Origin: Polyangiales bacterium
Lineage (GTDB): Bacteria > Myxococcota_A > Polyangia > Polyangiales > Polyangiaceae
NCBI GenBank assembly: GCA_038231275.1
Contig: JBBRLQ010000016.1
Coordinates: 32,001 to 96,000 of the forward strand
DNA length: 64,000 nt
Direction of reading: 5' to 3'
Shown piece after piece: positions 9,144-17,821 of this stretch; within the stretch, counting starts at the first letter, position 1; every line of letters starts with the position of its first letter. Below the pieces are notes generated by a model. The model saw only the letters and a program-made list of their open reading frames with translations, did not search any database and had not been told where the DNA came from. A program made the position numbers and the translations under genes.

Positions 9144-11198
9144 CTACGCGTGAGGCCGAGGCGACGGTCGCCTCCTGCGGCGGCGCGCGAGGGCGAGCCC
9201 CGCGACGACGAGCGAGCCGAAGAGCCCGGGAGTCGTGTCGCTCGACGGCGCGGAAGAGCATCCGCCTTGATCGCCGCCACCCGCGTCGTTGCCGTTCACG
9301 CCGGAATCGCCGCCGCTGCCACCCGTGCCCGAGCTACTCAAGCCACCGGCGCTACTCGAGCCACCCGAGCTACTCGAGCCACCCGAGCCACCCGAGCTAC
9401 TCGACGAGGACCCTCCGCCCGAGTCCGCAAGCGTCGCGTCGTCTCCGCTGTCGCCCTGGGACCCGTCCGGCGCCGTCGCCGCGTCCTGGCCTGCATCGGC
9501 CACGCCCGCGTCGGAGGTGCCTCCGTCAGGCATACCTGCCTCGCCGCCTCCCGCGTCCGCGGCGCCGCCGTCGCCCGCACCACCGTCGCCAACGACTGCC
9601 GGGTTGATCGTGAAGAGCGAGGCCCCCAAAAGGAGGTACCACTGGCCACCGAAATAGACCGGGCGACCCGAAGTGTGGCTCGTCACGGTGACGGGCGGCA
9701 CGCCGGCGCGACCGAGATAACGCACGCCACCGACGAGGTACACGATCGTGCCGTCGTCGGAGAGGCCGTCGAGCTGCGTCTTCGCGAGAAACGCGCTAGC
9801 GATCGCGACCGTGCCGCTTGGGCTTCGCGTGTAGGCGATGATCTGATTACTGAAGACGTCGGTGTATGCGACCCAGCCATTCGCGACGCGGTAGTCGATG
9901 CCGGGGGCCTGCTCAGTAAAGTTGAAGTCTACAGTTCCGGAGAGCGGGGTCTCCGTATTCGTTGCGTTGCTCCAGAGGAGCAGGGGGACACGAGAGAGTG
10001 GCGCCGAGTGACGGATGTAGACGATGTTGACGCCGTCCGTGACGGCTCCGCGCGGAACGGGTGGCGAGACCGCGAGCATGGCGAGGCTGCCAGCGCGCCA
10101 ACGCCAAAGGTGCTGACCGGTGACGGGCAGAATGCCAACACCGGTGATCGCCACATCCCCGTTGGGCGCGACGTCGAACGACGTCGGCGATGCGTTGGGA
10201 GCGATGTCTGTGATCGTGTTGCCGAGGACGTCGTCCATCCAAACGCCTTGGCCCTGCAGAGCGTCCCACCATGCCGCAACGTCGCCCGAAGCTCTAAGGG
10301 CCGATGGTGCGTAGGCCGTGTTTGTGCTGAGCACGCCGCTACGCCATTGCCCACGCGCCCAGATCGCGCCGAGCGACGTCAGATGCCCGCCCGAGCCCGC
10401 GGCTCCGGCGCCGAGCGGCGTATCGGCGCCACCGGCCCGCGGTCGAATGACGTAGCCACCCGTTCCGCCAAACAGGATCCGCGTCGCGTCGAAGTCGTCG
10501 ATGGGGCCGTCGGCGTGGAGCACCTCCGTGAGCGCGGCGCTGGTGTCGATGTAAATGGGGACTTGGAGCGATGTCGTAGCGCCGAGGTTGTCGGTGCCGA
10601 CCAAATAGATCGTGTTCGAGCCGTCCGCCGCAGCGAGCGCCACCGTCTGATCGAGCGGTCCGGCGGAGCTGGCCAATGGCGTTCCGCCCGATGCTCCGAG
10701 ATATGCCGCAATACTCGCGCAAGTCCCGTCGGGATCCGAGCACGTCGCCTGCAAGCGGATGGTCGGCCGCGCGACGAATCCGGTCACCATGGATGTCGTC
10801 ACGACAGGCGGCTTGTTCGGCGGCGGCGGAGATGGTGGCGGCGCATACGTAAGGCCCACGCTCGCGCTCCCGGTGCCGCCCGCAGAATCCGTGGCCACGG
10901 CGCTCACGGTGAAGGGGCCGGCTGGAAGCGACGCGAGGTCCAGCGAGCCGGCCCACGTCGTGCCGTTGGAGGACGTAAGACTTGCGCCAAGGCTCCCCGT
11001 TTGCGCGTGCACGCCCGTGACGAGGAAAGTGGAGCTCAGCGTCACGGTGATCGGCAGGGTCGCCGAAGTGATGGTGCTGCCGTCGGTTGGGGTCACGAAG
11101 GTGACGGAAATCGCGGCCTGCGCCGGCCGCACGCCCAGGAAGAGCCCGAGCGCCACGACCATCGTAAGGACGAGGCGCAGGACTCTCGGGGGGACCAT
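9144..11198 (-). CDS. Secreted MYXO-CTERM sorting-domain protein with Ig-like N-terminal domains and Gly/Ser/Asp linker
   Basis: Signal peptide MVPPRVLRLVLTMVVALGLFLGVRPAQA; Ig-like (P.DG.T, TVSAVATD..G); C-terminal GGCSSA...LVVAGLALARRRRR. Confidence 0.8.
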   Translation of the reverse strand: MVPPRVLRLVLTMVVALGLFLGVRPAQAAISVTFVTPTDGSTITSATLPITVTLSSTFLVTGVHAQTGSLGASLTSSNGTTWAGSLDLASLPAGPFTVSAVATDSAGGTGSASVGLTYAPPPSPPPPNKPPVVTTSMVTGFVARPTIRLQATCSDPDGTCASIAAYLGASGGTPLASSAGPLDQTVALAAADGSNTIYLVGTDNLGATTSLQVPIYIDTSAALTEVLHADGPIDDFDATRILFGGTGGYVIRPRAGGADTPLGAGAAGSGGHLTSLGAIWARGQWRSGVLSTNTAYAPSALRASGDVAAWWDALQGQGVWMDDVLGNTITDIAPNASPTSFDVAPNGDVAITGVGILPVTGQHLWRWRAGSLAMLAVSPPVPRGAVTDGVNIVYIRHSAPLSRVPLLLWSNATNTETPLSGTVDFNFTEQAPGIDYRVANGWVAYTDVFSNQIIAYTRSPSGTVAIASAFLAKTQLDGLSDDGTIVYLVGGVRYLGRAGVPPVTVTSHTSGRPVYFGGQWYLLLGASLFTINPAVVGDGGAGDGGAADAGGGEAGMPDGGTSDAGVADAGQDAATAPDGSQGDSGDDATLADSGGGSSSSSSGGSGGSSSSGGSSSAGGLSSSGTGGSGGDSGVNGNDAGGGDQGGCSSAPSSDTTPGLFGSLVVAGLALARRRRRRPSPRPHA
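9320..9412. repeat. Low-complexity Gly/Ser linker repeat (gccacccgagctactcga-like units) inside the MYXO-CTERM gene
   Basis: Repeated gagccacccgagctactc units encoding GGSSSSGG; boundaries approximate. Confidence 0.7.
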
Positions 11199-11380
11199 CG
11201 AACAGCTCCATGGGGGCGCGCTCGTGTTCGGATCACGAAAGCGCAAGCGACGGGGACCACCGTACCGCACCGCACGGGCAGTGCTCCGCGTGGCCCTACA
11301 CAAAGAATAGCACGCAGTCGCGGCGGCAGATCTATGTAGTCGGTTGCGATGTAGCTTCGCGATGACGCGGAGCGCGACTC

Positions 11381-12436
11381 GTGCTCGTAAGCCGAACTCC
11401 TAGGCTGGAGGAACCTTTGCGTCGAAGCTCGCGGACCCGACGTCACGTGCTCCACCCTGCCGGCGCGGCGCTGGCGACGGCCGCGCGTCTGCTGGCGGCG
11501 CCGGGCGAGGCCGCCGCCGACGAAGCGTCGATCCCGGTCCGCCTCGACTATGCGGCCGACGCGCCTTGCCCGACGCGCGACGCGTTCTTCGAAGAGATCC
11601 GCACGCGCGCGCCGCGAATCCGTGCCGCCGGCGACGGCGAGGCTGCGTACGCGGTGCGGGTTGACGTCACGGCAATCGCCGCGCGCGGCGCGGACGGGCC
11701 AGGGCTCGCCGGGAAGATTGCGCTCGTCGATTTGGACGGCAACAAGTCGTTCCGGACCATCGAGGGCACGGCGTGCGAGGACATCGCGCTCGCGCTCGCG
11801 CTCGTGGTTGCGCTCGACGTGACCGGAATGGCGGTCGTGCCGCCAACGACGCCCTCGATTGCACCGGCGCCTGATGCGCGACCGCCTGCACGGGACCTTG
11901 CCACCGCAGCGGCAGGGCCAAGGTGGTTGCCTGACGTCGCCCTGCTCGGCGGCGCTCGAACTGGCGTCGCGCCCGTGCTTGCGCCGGCAGGCATCCTGTC
12001 GGTGGGCCTCGAGCACACGTCGCTCTGGAGACCGGTCCTACGAATAAGCGCGTCGTACGCTTCGGCGGACACGGCGGGGTCGAACGACACCGTGACGCTC
12101 AGGCTCGCGACCGTCGCCGCAGACGGATGCAGCGCACGCGCGCGGTTCTTCGAAGGTCGCGTGACCCTGATCCCCTGCCTGCGGGCCGAGGCAGGCTTTC
12201 ACCTGGGCGAAATTCACCCGAACGGGCTCGGCATTGCGGGGGCGCCTTGGTTCGCGCTCGGCGCGGTAGGTCAAGCGCACCTCATCCTGCTCGAGGGCGT
12301 TTTCGCGGTGGTCGAGGTGTCGGGACTCTTCCCGACGTGGCGAACCCGCTTCCTCGAAGGAAGCTCGACTTCCTCAGTATTTTCATCGCCTTCGTTCGTT
12401 GCCGGTGGCGCCGGGGGAGTCGGCGTTACGTTTTGA
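11381..12436 (+). CDS. Myxobacterial hypothetical exported protein preceding an ECF sigma factor (Cys-paired periplasmic domain, Pro linker, probable C-terminal beta-barrel)
   Basis: Y.A...CP....F...I..R, R.I.G..C.D...ALALVVAL; amphipathic strands ending GVGVTF; start uncertain. Confidence 0.6.
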   Translation: MLVSRTPRLEEPLRRSSRTRRHVLHPAGAALATAARLLAAPGEAAADEASIPVRLDYAADAPCPTRDAFFEEIRTRAPRIRAAGDGEAAYAVRVDVTAIAARGADGPGLAGKIALVDLDGNKSFRTIEGTACEDIALALALVVALDVTGMAVVPPTTPSIAPAPDARPPARDLATAAAGPRWLPDVALLGGARTGVAPVLAPAGILSVGLEHTSLWRPVLRISASYASADTAGSNDTVTLRLATVAADGCSARARFFEGRVTLIPCLRAEAGFHLGEIHPNGLGIAGAPWFALGAVGQAHLILLEGVFAVVEVSGLFPTWRTRFLEGSSTSSVFSSPSFVAGGAGGVGVTF

Positions 12437-12507
12437 TGATCCGACTGGCCGCCGTCTCCCATTGCCGGATTGGACGGACCACCATGAACGGCGGAGTGTA
12501 GAGGTCG

Positions 12508-13104
12508 ATGCTTGCCCTCGCGAACGAGCCGGGTAGTGGCGGCGCGATGATGCCAGTGCGCGTCGCGACGGTCTCTCGCGAGGCGTCATTCCGAAGTCTC
12601 TTCGAGGAGCACTACGAGTTCATCTGGCGTCAGCTTCGGCGCCTCGGCGTCCACGAGGATCAGGTCGACGACGCGGCGCAAGAGGTGTTCATCGTCGCCG
12701 CCCGGCGGCTCGGGGATATTCGTGAGGGCGCGGAGCGGGCGTTCCTCTTCGGGATCGCGCGACGCGTCGCCTCGGACGTTCGCAGATCGCGCCAGACCCG
12801 GACTGGACTCCTCTCCGTCCCTCTGGCGCGCGACGCAGCCGATCCCGCGCCGAGCCCGGAGCAAGACGTGCAGCGCCATCGCACGCAAGCGTTACTAGAC
12901 GCCGCGCTCGACGACATGAACGACGAGACGCGCGAAGTGTTCATCCTGTTCGAGCTTGAAGAGCTCTCGCGCTCGCAGATCGCACAGCTGCTCGGTCTCC
13001 CCGAGGGCACCGTCGCGTCCCGCCTGCGTCGCGCGCGGGAAGAGTTCAGCGCGATCGTCAACCGCGCGCAGTGCAAGCTCGAAGTGGGCGGAGGTTCACC
13101 GTGA
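12508..13104 (+). CDS. ECF-type RNA polymerase sigma-70 factor
   Basis: F..LF.EH..FIWR.LRRLGV....DDAAQEVF (region 2); VFILFELEELS..QIA.LLGLPEGTVASRLRRAR (region 4). Confidence 0.93.
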   Translation: MLALANEPGSGGAMMPVRVATVSREASFRSLFEEHYEFIWRQLRRLGVHEDQVDDAAQEVFIVAARRLGDIREGAERAFLFGIARRVASDVRRSRQTRTGLLSVPLARDAADPAPSPEQDVQRHRTQALLDAALDDMNDETREVFILFELEELSRSQIAQLLGLPEGTVASRLRRAREEFSAIVNRAQCKLEVGGGSP

Positions 13105-13976
13105 AGCGCATTCGTGAAGAGCGCCCCGAAAGCGTCGAAGCACTGCTGCTCGGCGCCGACAAAGACCGCGCGCCATCGCCTGCGGCCCGCGCGCGCGCCC
13201 TCGAGGCCGCGATGCTTGTGGTCGGCGGCTCAGGCGGCGTCGATATCGGGGGCAAGGCCGGAGTCAATTCAGGAGCGGGGTCGGCCACGACCGGTGCGGT
13301 CGCGCCGAAGACGGCTACCGTGATCGCGTGGAAAGGTTGGGCGCTCGCGGCACTCTTGGGCACCGGCGCGATCGCGGGTGGCGCGATCGTCACGCGCGAT
13401 GCACATGAACCCTCTCCTGCGGTGAGCACAGTTGCGCGGCCGCCCGCCCCAAGCTCTAAACAGGAAGCGCGCGCCGCGGGCGCAGCTCCTGCACTCGAGC
13501 CTGAACCCCCAATCCGGCCCTCGCCCGCAACACAGGTTGTCGCGGATGCGCGTCGTCCGCCCCCGGTCGCGCCGGCTGCAAACCCAGCCCCGCCCTTCGC
13601 GAGCGCGCCCTCAATCACCGTCGCACCACCCGCAACGACGCCGACCGCCGATCTCTCCGGCGAAGTCCGCGCGGTTGACGCCGCGCGCGCTGCGCTGGTC
13701 GCGCACGACGCGACGGGGGCGCTCGCGCTACTGGACGACTACGATCGTCGCTACACGTCCGGATCGCTCGCGCGCGAAGCGGCGCTCCTCCGCACCGAGG
13801 CGCTGATGGCCCATGGCGATCGGGCGGAAGCGGTTCGTCGGGCTCAAGACCTGCTCGCGCAGTCGCCAGATGGGCCGTACCGCGCTCGCCTCAAGAAGGT
13901 GCTCGACGAAGGAAACGCGGCGAAGACGCCCGGCGCTTTCGGTGATCCGAAGCCGACGGCGTCGTCCATTCCATGA
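13101..13976 (+). CDS. Putative anti-sigma factor: single TM, Pro-rich linker, C-terminal TPR-like helices
   Basis: GTGA coupling to the sigma gene; TM WALAALLGTGAIAGGAIV; L..E...VD.AR.AL...D..GALALL..Y...Y..G.L..EA. Confidence 0.7.
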   Translation: MKRIREERPESVEALLLGADKDRAPSPAARARALEAAMLVVGGSGGVDIGGKAGVNSGAGSATTGAVAPKTATVIAWKGWALAALLGTGAIAGGAIVTRDAHEPSPAVSTVARPPAPSSKQEARAAGAAPALEPEPPIRPSPATQVVADARRPPPVAPAANPAPPFASAPSITVAPPATTPTADLSGEVRAVDAARAALVAHDATGALALLDDYDRRYTSGSLAREAALLRTEALMAHGDRAEAVRRAQDLLAQSPDGPYRARLKKVLDEGNAAKTPGAFGDPKPTASSIP

Positions 13977-13988
13977 GCAGAAGACGCC

Positions 13989-15569
13989 ATGCAGAACCAA
14001 CGCCGCATCATGTTCTTCGCCTTGTCCGCGCTCGTGGCGACGACCATCGCCTTCGGAATGGGCGGCTGCGGAGCAGACGACCTCCGTATCCCGCGCGAAG
14101 AGTCGGGCGACGGGGCCGGACCTCTTCCGCCGGTCGATGCTGCGCAGGATGCACGTGACACACAGGATGCCCAAGACGCCGCGCCGAGCGATGGCGGCGT
14201 CGACGCGGACGCGGACGCATGCACCTCGATACAGTGCGGCTCGCCACCGACGCGCGTGACTGCGGGCACCGGCTTCGCCTGCGTCCTTCGCGCCGACGCG
14301 ACCGTCTGGTGCTGGGGCTCGAACCAATATGGAGAGCTGGGCGTGCTCCCGTCGGCGAACGACCTCGCCTGCGGGGAGGTGCATTGCAGCCCCGCGCCCC
14401 GGCGCATCGACGCGCTCGCCGGCGTGAGGGACGTCCGCGCCGGTGAGTCGTTCGCGTGCGCGTTGAAGAGCGATGACTCGGTGTGGTGCTGGGGGCGCAA
14501 CGGGTTCGACGTGCTCGGCCACAGCGCGACCCTCGACAGCGCGTGCGCGGATCCGCCCGACGCCGGCGCGGGCTCGAAGTGCAATGCGACGCCGACACAG
14601 GTCACCTTCCCTGCGAACGTGAAGATCGATTCGATCGCGGCGGGGCGCGAGATCGCGTGCGCCGTCTCTCAGACGGATCCCGCCGGCAACCCTTCGCGCG
14701 ACGTGTACTGCTGGGGGCGCAACGACCACGCGTCGGTCGGCATCGCGGGCGGGATCCCCCAGAACGTCGCGACGCCGAACAAGATCAGCGGCTTCGCGGG
14801 CGACGTCGTGGCCGTCGACGTCGGGGACAACACCCGGCAGGTGTGCGCGATTCGAAAGGACGGCACGGTCTGGTGCTGGGGCGACGACTTTCAGGGGCGC
14901 ATCGGCACCATTCCGGGCACCTTCCCCGGCATCGACTGCGCGGACGGCCAGACCCACGATTGCACTCCGGTCCCTCAGCTGATTCGCGTGCGAGGACCGC
15001 TGCCCGCCGACGCGGGCGCCGACGCCGGGGACATCGGCCTCGGCGCAACCCTGTCCGGCGCGAAGCAAGTGAAGCTCGGAGCCGGGACGTCGTGCGTGCT
15101 GAGCGCGGGCGGTTCCGTCTGGTGCTGGGGCAACAACTTCAATGCGGGCCTCGCCGACCCCGCACTCACGGGCGACGATCACCCTGGCGCGCGCCCGATC
15201 GCCGGCCTCCCCGCAAGCGTGTCCGCGCTCACCCGTCACCACGTGACCGCGTTCGCGGCGACCGACCTCGGCGAGCTCTGGGGCTGGGGCGACAACACCT
15301 ATGGCCAGCTCGGGACCGGCTCGGTGTTCGGTCAAGCGTGCCTGTCAGGACTATGCGTCACGGTGCCGAGCCAGGTCTCCGGCCTAAAGGGAACGAGGGA
15401 CCTTGCCGCCGGCGACTCGTTCTTCGCCGCGATTACCGCGAGCGGGGCCCTTGTGGCGTGGGGGAGAAATGACTTCGCGCAGCTCGGGCACGCGCCCGGC
15501 ACGAGTCAAGACGCCACGTGCGCGGGCACTCAATGCAATGCGCTGCCTGCGCCAGTTTCTCTCCCCTGA
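13989..15569 (+). CDS. RCC1/BLIP-II repeat beta-propeller lipoprotein
   Basis: Lipobox-like MGGC; repeated AG..FAC.L..D..VWCWG.N..G.LG. Confidence 0.88.
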   Translation: MQNQRRIMFFALSALVATTIAFGMGGCGADDLRIPREESGDGAGPLPPVDAAQDARDTQDAQDAAPSDGGVDADADACTSIQCGSPPTRVTAGTGFACVLRADATVWCWGSNQYGELGVLPSANDLACGEVHCSPAPRRIDALAGVRDVRAGESFACALKSDDSVWCWGRNGFDVLGHSATLDSACADPPDAGAGSKCNATPTQVTFPANVKIDSIAAGREIACAVSQTDPAGNPSRDVYCWGRNDHASVGIAGGIPQNVATPNKISGFAGDVVAVDVGDNTRQVCAIRKDGTVWCWGDDFQGRIGTIPGTFPGIDCADGQTHDCTPVPQLIRVRGPLPADAGADAGDIGLGATLSGAKQVKLGAGTSCVLSAGGSVWCWGNNFNAGLADPALTGDDHPGARPIAGLPASVSALTRHHVTAFAATDLGELWGWGDNTYGQLGTGSVFGQACLSGLCVTVPSQVSGLKGTRDLAAGDSFFAAITASGALVAWGRNDFAQLGHAPGTSQDATCAGTQCNALPAPVSLP

Positions 15570-15575
15570 TCGGAG

Positions 15576-16565
15576 TCAAGCCATTCGCGAGCGCGCGCGC
15601 AGCCCGGAAGCGACAAGCCTCGCTTCGGACGAGCTGAGCCCCGTCACGCTGATTCGCGGCACGACGGAGCCTGTCGACCCGGTCACGCGCTCCCCGACGA
15701 GCAGTACACGGCGGACCCCCTCCTCGAGAAGTAGCTCGATCTGGGAGGGCCTGTAACTCCCGTTCGGAAACGCGTACGTGTCGAGTGGCAGACCGAGCGT
15801 GTCCTGGAAATACGCGCGGCACGCGCGGACGTCCTCCCGAAGGTACGCGTCCGTTTCGAACCCCATCGAATCGTGGTGCCAGGAGTGCGCGCCGATGTCG
15901 TGCTCCCGGGCGGCCTCACGAACGTCCTCGCGCGTCATCATGCGAACCTTCGGCACATCGACGCTCACCATCGTCGCGCTGAGCTCTTCCATCAGGCGAA
16001 GGCGGTCCGCGCGCGGGCGCAACTTGAGGAACGTGGTCAGGACGGCGCCGAAGCGCGCCTTGCTCCGCGCCCCTCCAGAGAGCTCCGGCGCCACGAAACC
16101 AGGAAGTCGAATCCGTGCGAGCAACGAAAGGGGCGCGACGGCAAGCGCATCTGTGACTCCCGCCTCCCATGGCGGGCCACCGCCGTCGACTGAATGCGGG
16201 ATGACGTTGTGATTGACGCGAATACTGTAGCGCGCGAGGAGCGGCATCGCGTACTCGACGAAGTCGTAGTACCCGTCGTCAAACGAGAGCACCACGTCCG
16301 GTCGCCGCCGGTCGCGACCTGCGGGCTCGTCGAAGCCGCGTACACGCGCGCGATCGGTCAGAAAGCGGAGGAGGTCCTCGAAGATTCGCGGGTGAAGCGG
16401 CGGCCAGTAGGGGCTGTCCTCGGGCGAGACCCGATGAAGATTCAGCACCAGAGTCGCTCCACGGAGGGCCTCGATGCGTAGCAGCAAGGAGTCCAACTTG
16501 GCGAAGGACAAGGCCCCGAAGACCCCCGCACGAAACGAGAAGCGCGGCACCGCGTGACGAATCAA
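15576..16565 (-). CDS. Polysaccharide deacetylase (CE4/NodB family)
   Basis: VLNLHRV, LSFDDGY.D, IGAHSWHH, YAFPNG, VPRI. Confidence 0.88.
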   Translation of the reverse strand: MIRHAVPRFSFRAGVFGALSFAKLDSLLLRIEALRGATLVLNLHRVSPEDSPYWPPLHPRIFEDLLRFLTDRARVRGFDEPAGRDRRRPDVVLSFDDGYYDFVEYAMPLLARYSIRVNHNVIPHSVDGGGPPWEAGVTDALAVAPLSLLARIRLPGFVAPELSGGARSKARFGAVLTTFLKLRPRADRLRLMEELSATMVSVDVPKVRMMTREDVREAAREHDIGAHSWHHDSMGFETDAYLREDVRACRAYFQDTLGLPLDTYAFPNGSYRPSQIELLLEEGVRRVLLVGERVTGSTGSVVPRISVTGLSSSEARLVASGLRARSRMA

Positions 16566-16581
16566 GCAAGTGCTCCGTCGC

Positions 16582-17490
16582 TCACGAGGTCGCCCGCACC
16601 CGCCACTGATTGACTCGTCGGAGGACGCGAACGGTCCGCTCCATCCACGCCGGATTGTTCTGCCATTCGCGGCCGGACGGCTCGAATCGTCCGCCGAAGC
16701 ACTTCTTGAAGCGGTGGATCCCTTCGGTCGAGTCCATCGAGCTCACGAGACCGAAATCGTACCAGCGAACGCCGCGCTGCTTAAGGTATTGGAGCGTCTT
16801 CCAGATGAGAAGGTGGCCGCCGGGTTCGGGCGCAGCCGAGTCATGCACCGCGACGTAATAGTATGCATGGGTCGGGAGGACGTAGACCAAGTTGATAGTC
16901 AGCGGGCGCCCGTCCGCGTCCACGGACTGTCCGAACACGAGGAACCCTTCGTCGATCATTCGCCGGAGCATGGGTCGGTCTGCCGGGGACAGTCCCCGCT
17001 CGCGCGCCATCGCGTCGTAGAGCGCGACGACACGGTCGAGATCGGCCTCCGTAACCCGGTCGAGAAACTCGGTCCGCAGTCCGAGTCGCTCACTCTTGCG
17101 AATCTTCGACCTCTCGCGAGAGCTGATGTTCGCGAAGAGGGTCTCTTCGGATTGGGACAGGTCGAAGGCATAGGTGCCCGCGCCGAACCAGTTGCGAACC
17201 AGCACCGGCGTGAGCTCATGCCCAAGTGCGGCGCGCTCCGGATCTCCGTCGCGCCACTGGAACTCGTTGACGGTCAGCATCGTCGCGGGGCGAAACGCGC
17301 GATGGCTGCGCAGCATGGCGTCAGCCGCATCCAACGAGCCCCCGTCGGAGAGCAGGACCAGCCGGCGCGCCGGACCGAGGCGCCGAGCCATCAGTTTGAG
17401 GCGCGCCTCTTGCTCGAGGACCGTCCACCCAAGGTAGCGCTCGAGTAGAAAATTCGGGCAAAGCTCCACCCGCGGGTAATCGGACGCCAT
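16582..17490 (-). CDS. FemAB/FemX-like GNAT-fold acyltransferase
   Basis: T...DLSQSEETLF..ISS.ERSKIRKS...GL, HLL.W....LK..G..WYDFG, GIHRFK..FGG. Confidence 0.75.
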   Translation of the reverse strand: MASDYPRVELCPNFLLERYLGWTVLEQEARLKLMARRLGPARRLVLLSDGGSLDAADAMLRSHRAFRPATMLTVNEFQWRDGDPERAALGHELTPVLVRNWFGAGTYAFDLSQSEETLFANISSRERSKIRKSERLGLRTEFLDRVTEADLDRVVALYDAMARERGLSPADRPMLRRMIDEGFLVFGQSVDADGRPLTINLVYVLPTHAYYYVAVHDSAAPEPGGHLLIWKTLQYLKQRGVRWYDFGLVSSMDSTEGIHRFKKCFGGRFEPSGREWQNNPAWMERTVRVLRRVNQWRVRATS

Positions 17491-17821
17491 CGGAGGCTCT
17501 GTCTACCAGGTCACTTCCGCGGACGCACGCCGCGGGCGCTCCGGGAGTTGCTTCCGTATTTCGTTGTCGACGAGGGTGGCCCTGACTACTCTGACATTCT
17601 CCCACATTGTGGCACGTGCGCGATGGAGCGAACGCGCCGGAGATCGCTCGAAATTGAGCCGGGGTCACTTGTTGCGTTGCGCTCGGCGTGATTGATTGGG
17701 CTTCGTCCCGCAACTGAAGACGGTGGGCGCGTGCGCTAAAGGGGGGCCCTCTAAAGGGGGCTAGTCCGGCGACCGTTATCTGCGGACGGGCCGGTACGTT
17801 TTTGCCAGTGGAGGTCGTTCG

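Noticed and set aside
8901..11339. 812-aa + strand ORF with ATRATR repeats
   Set aside because: Antisense shadow of the MYXO-CTERM gene, typical of high-GC DNA
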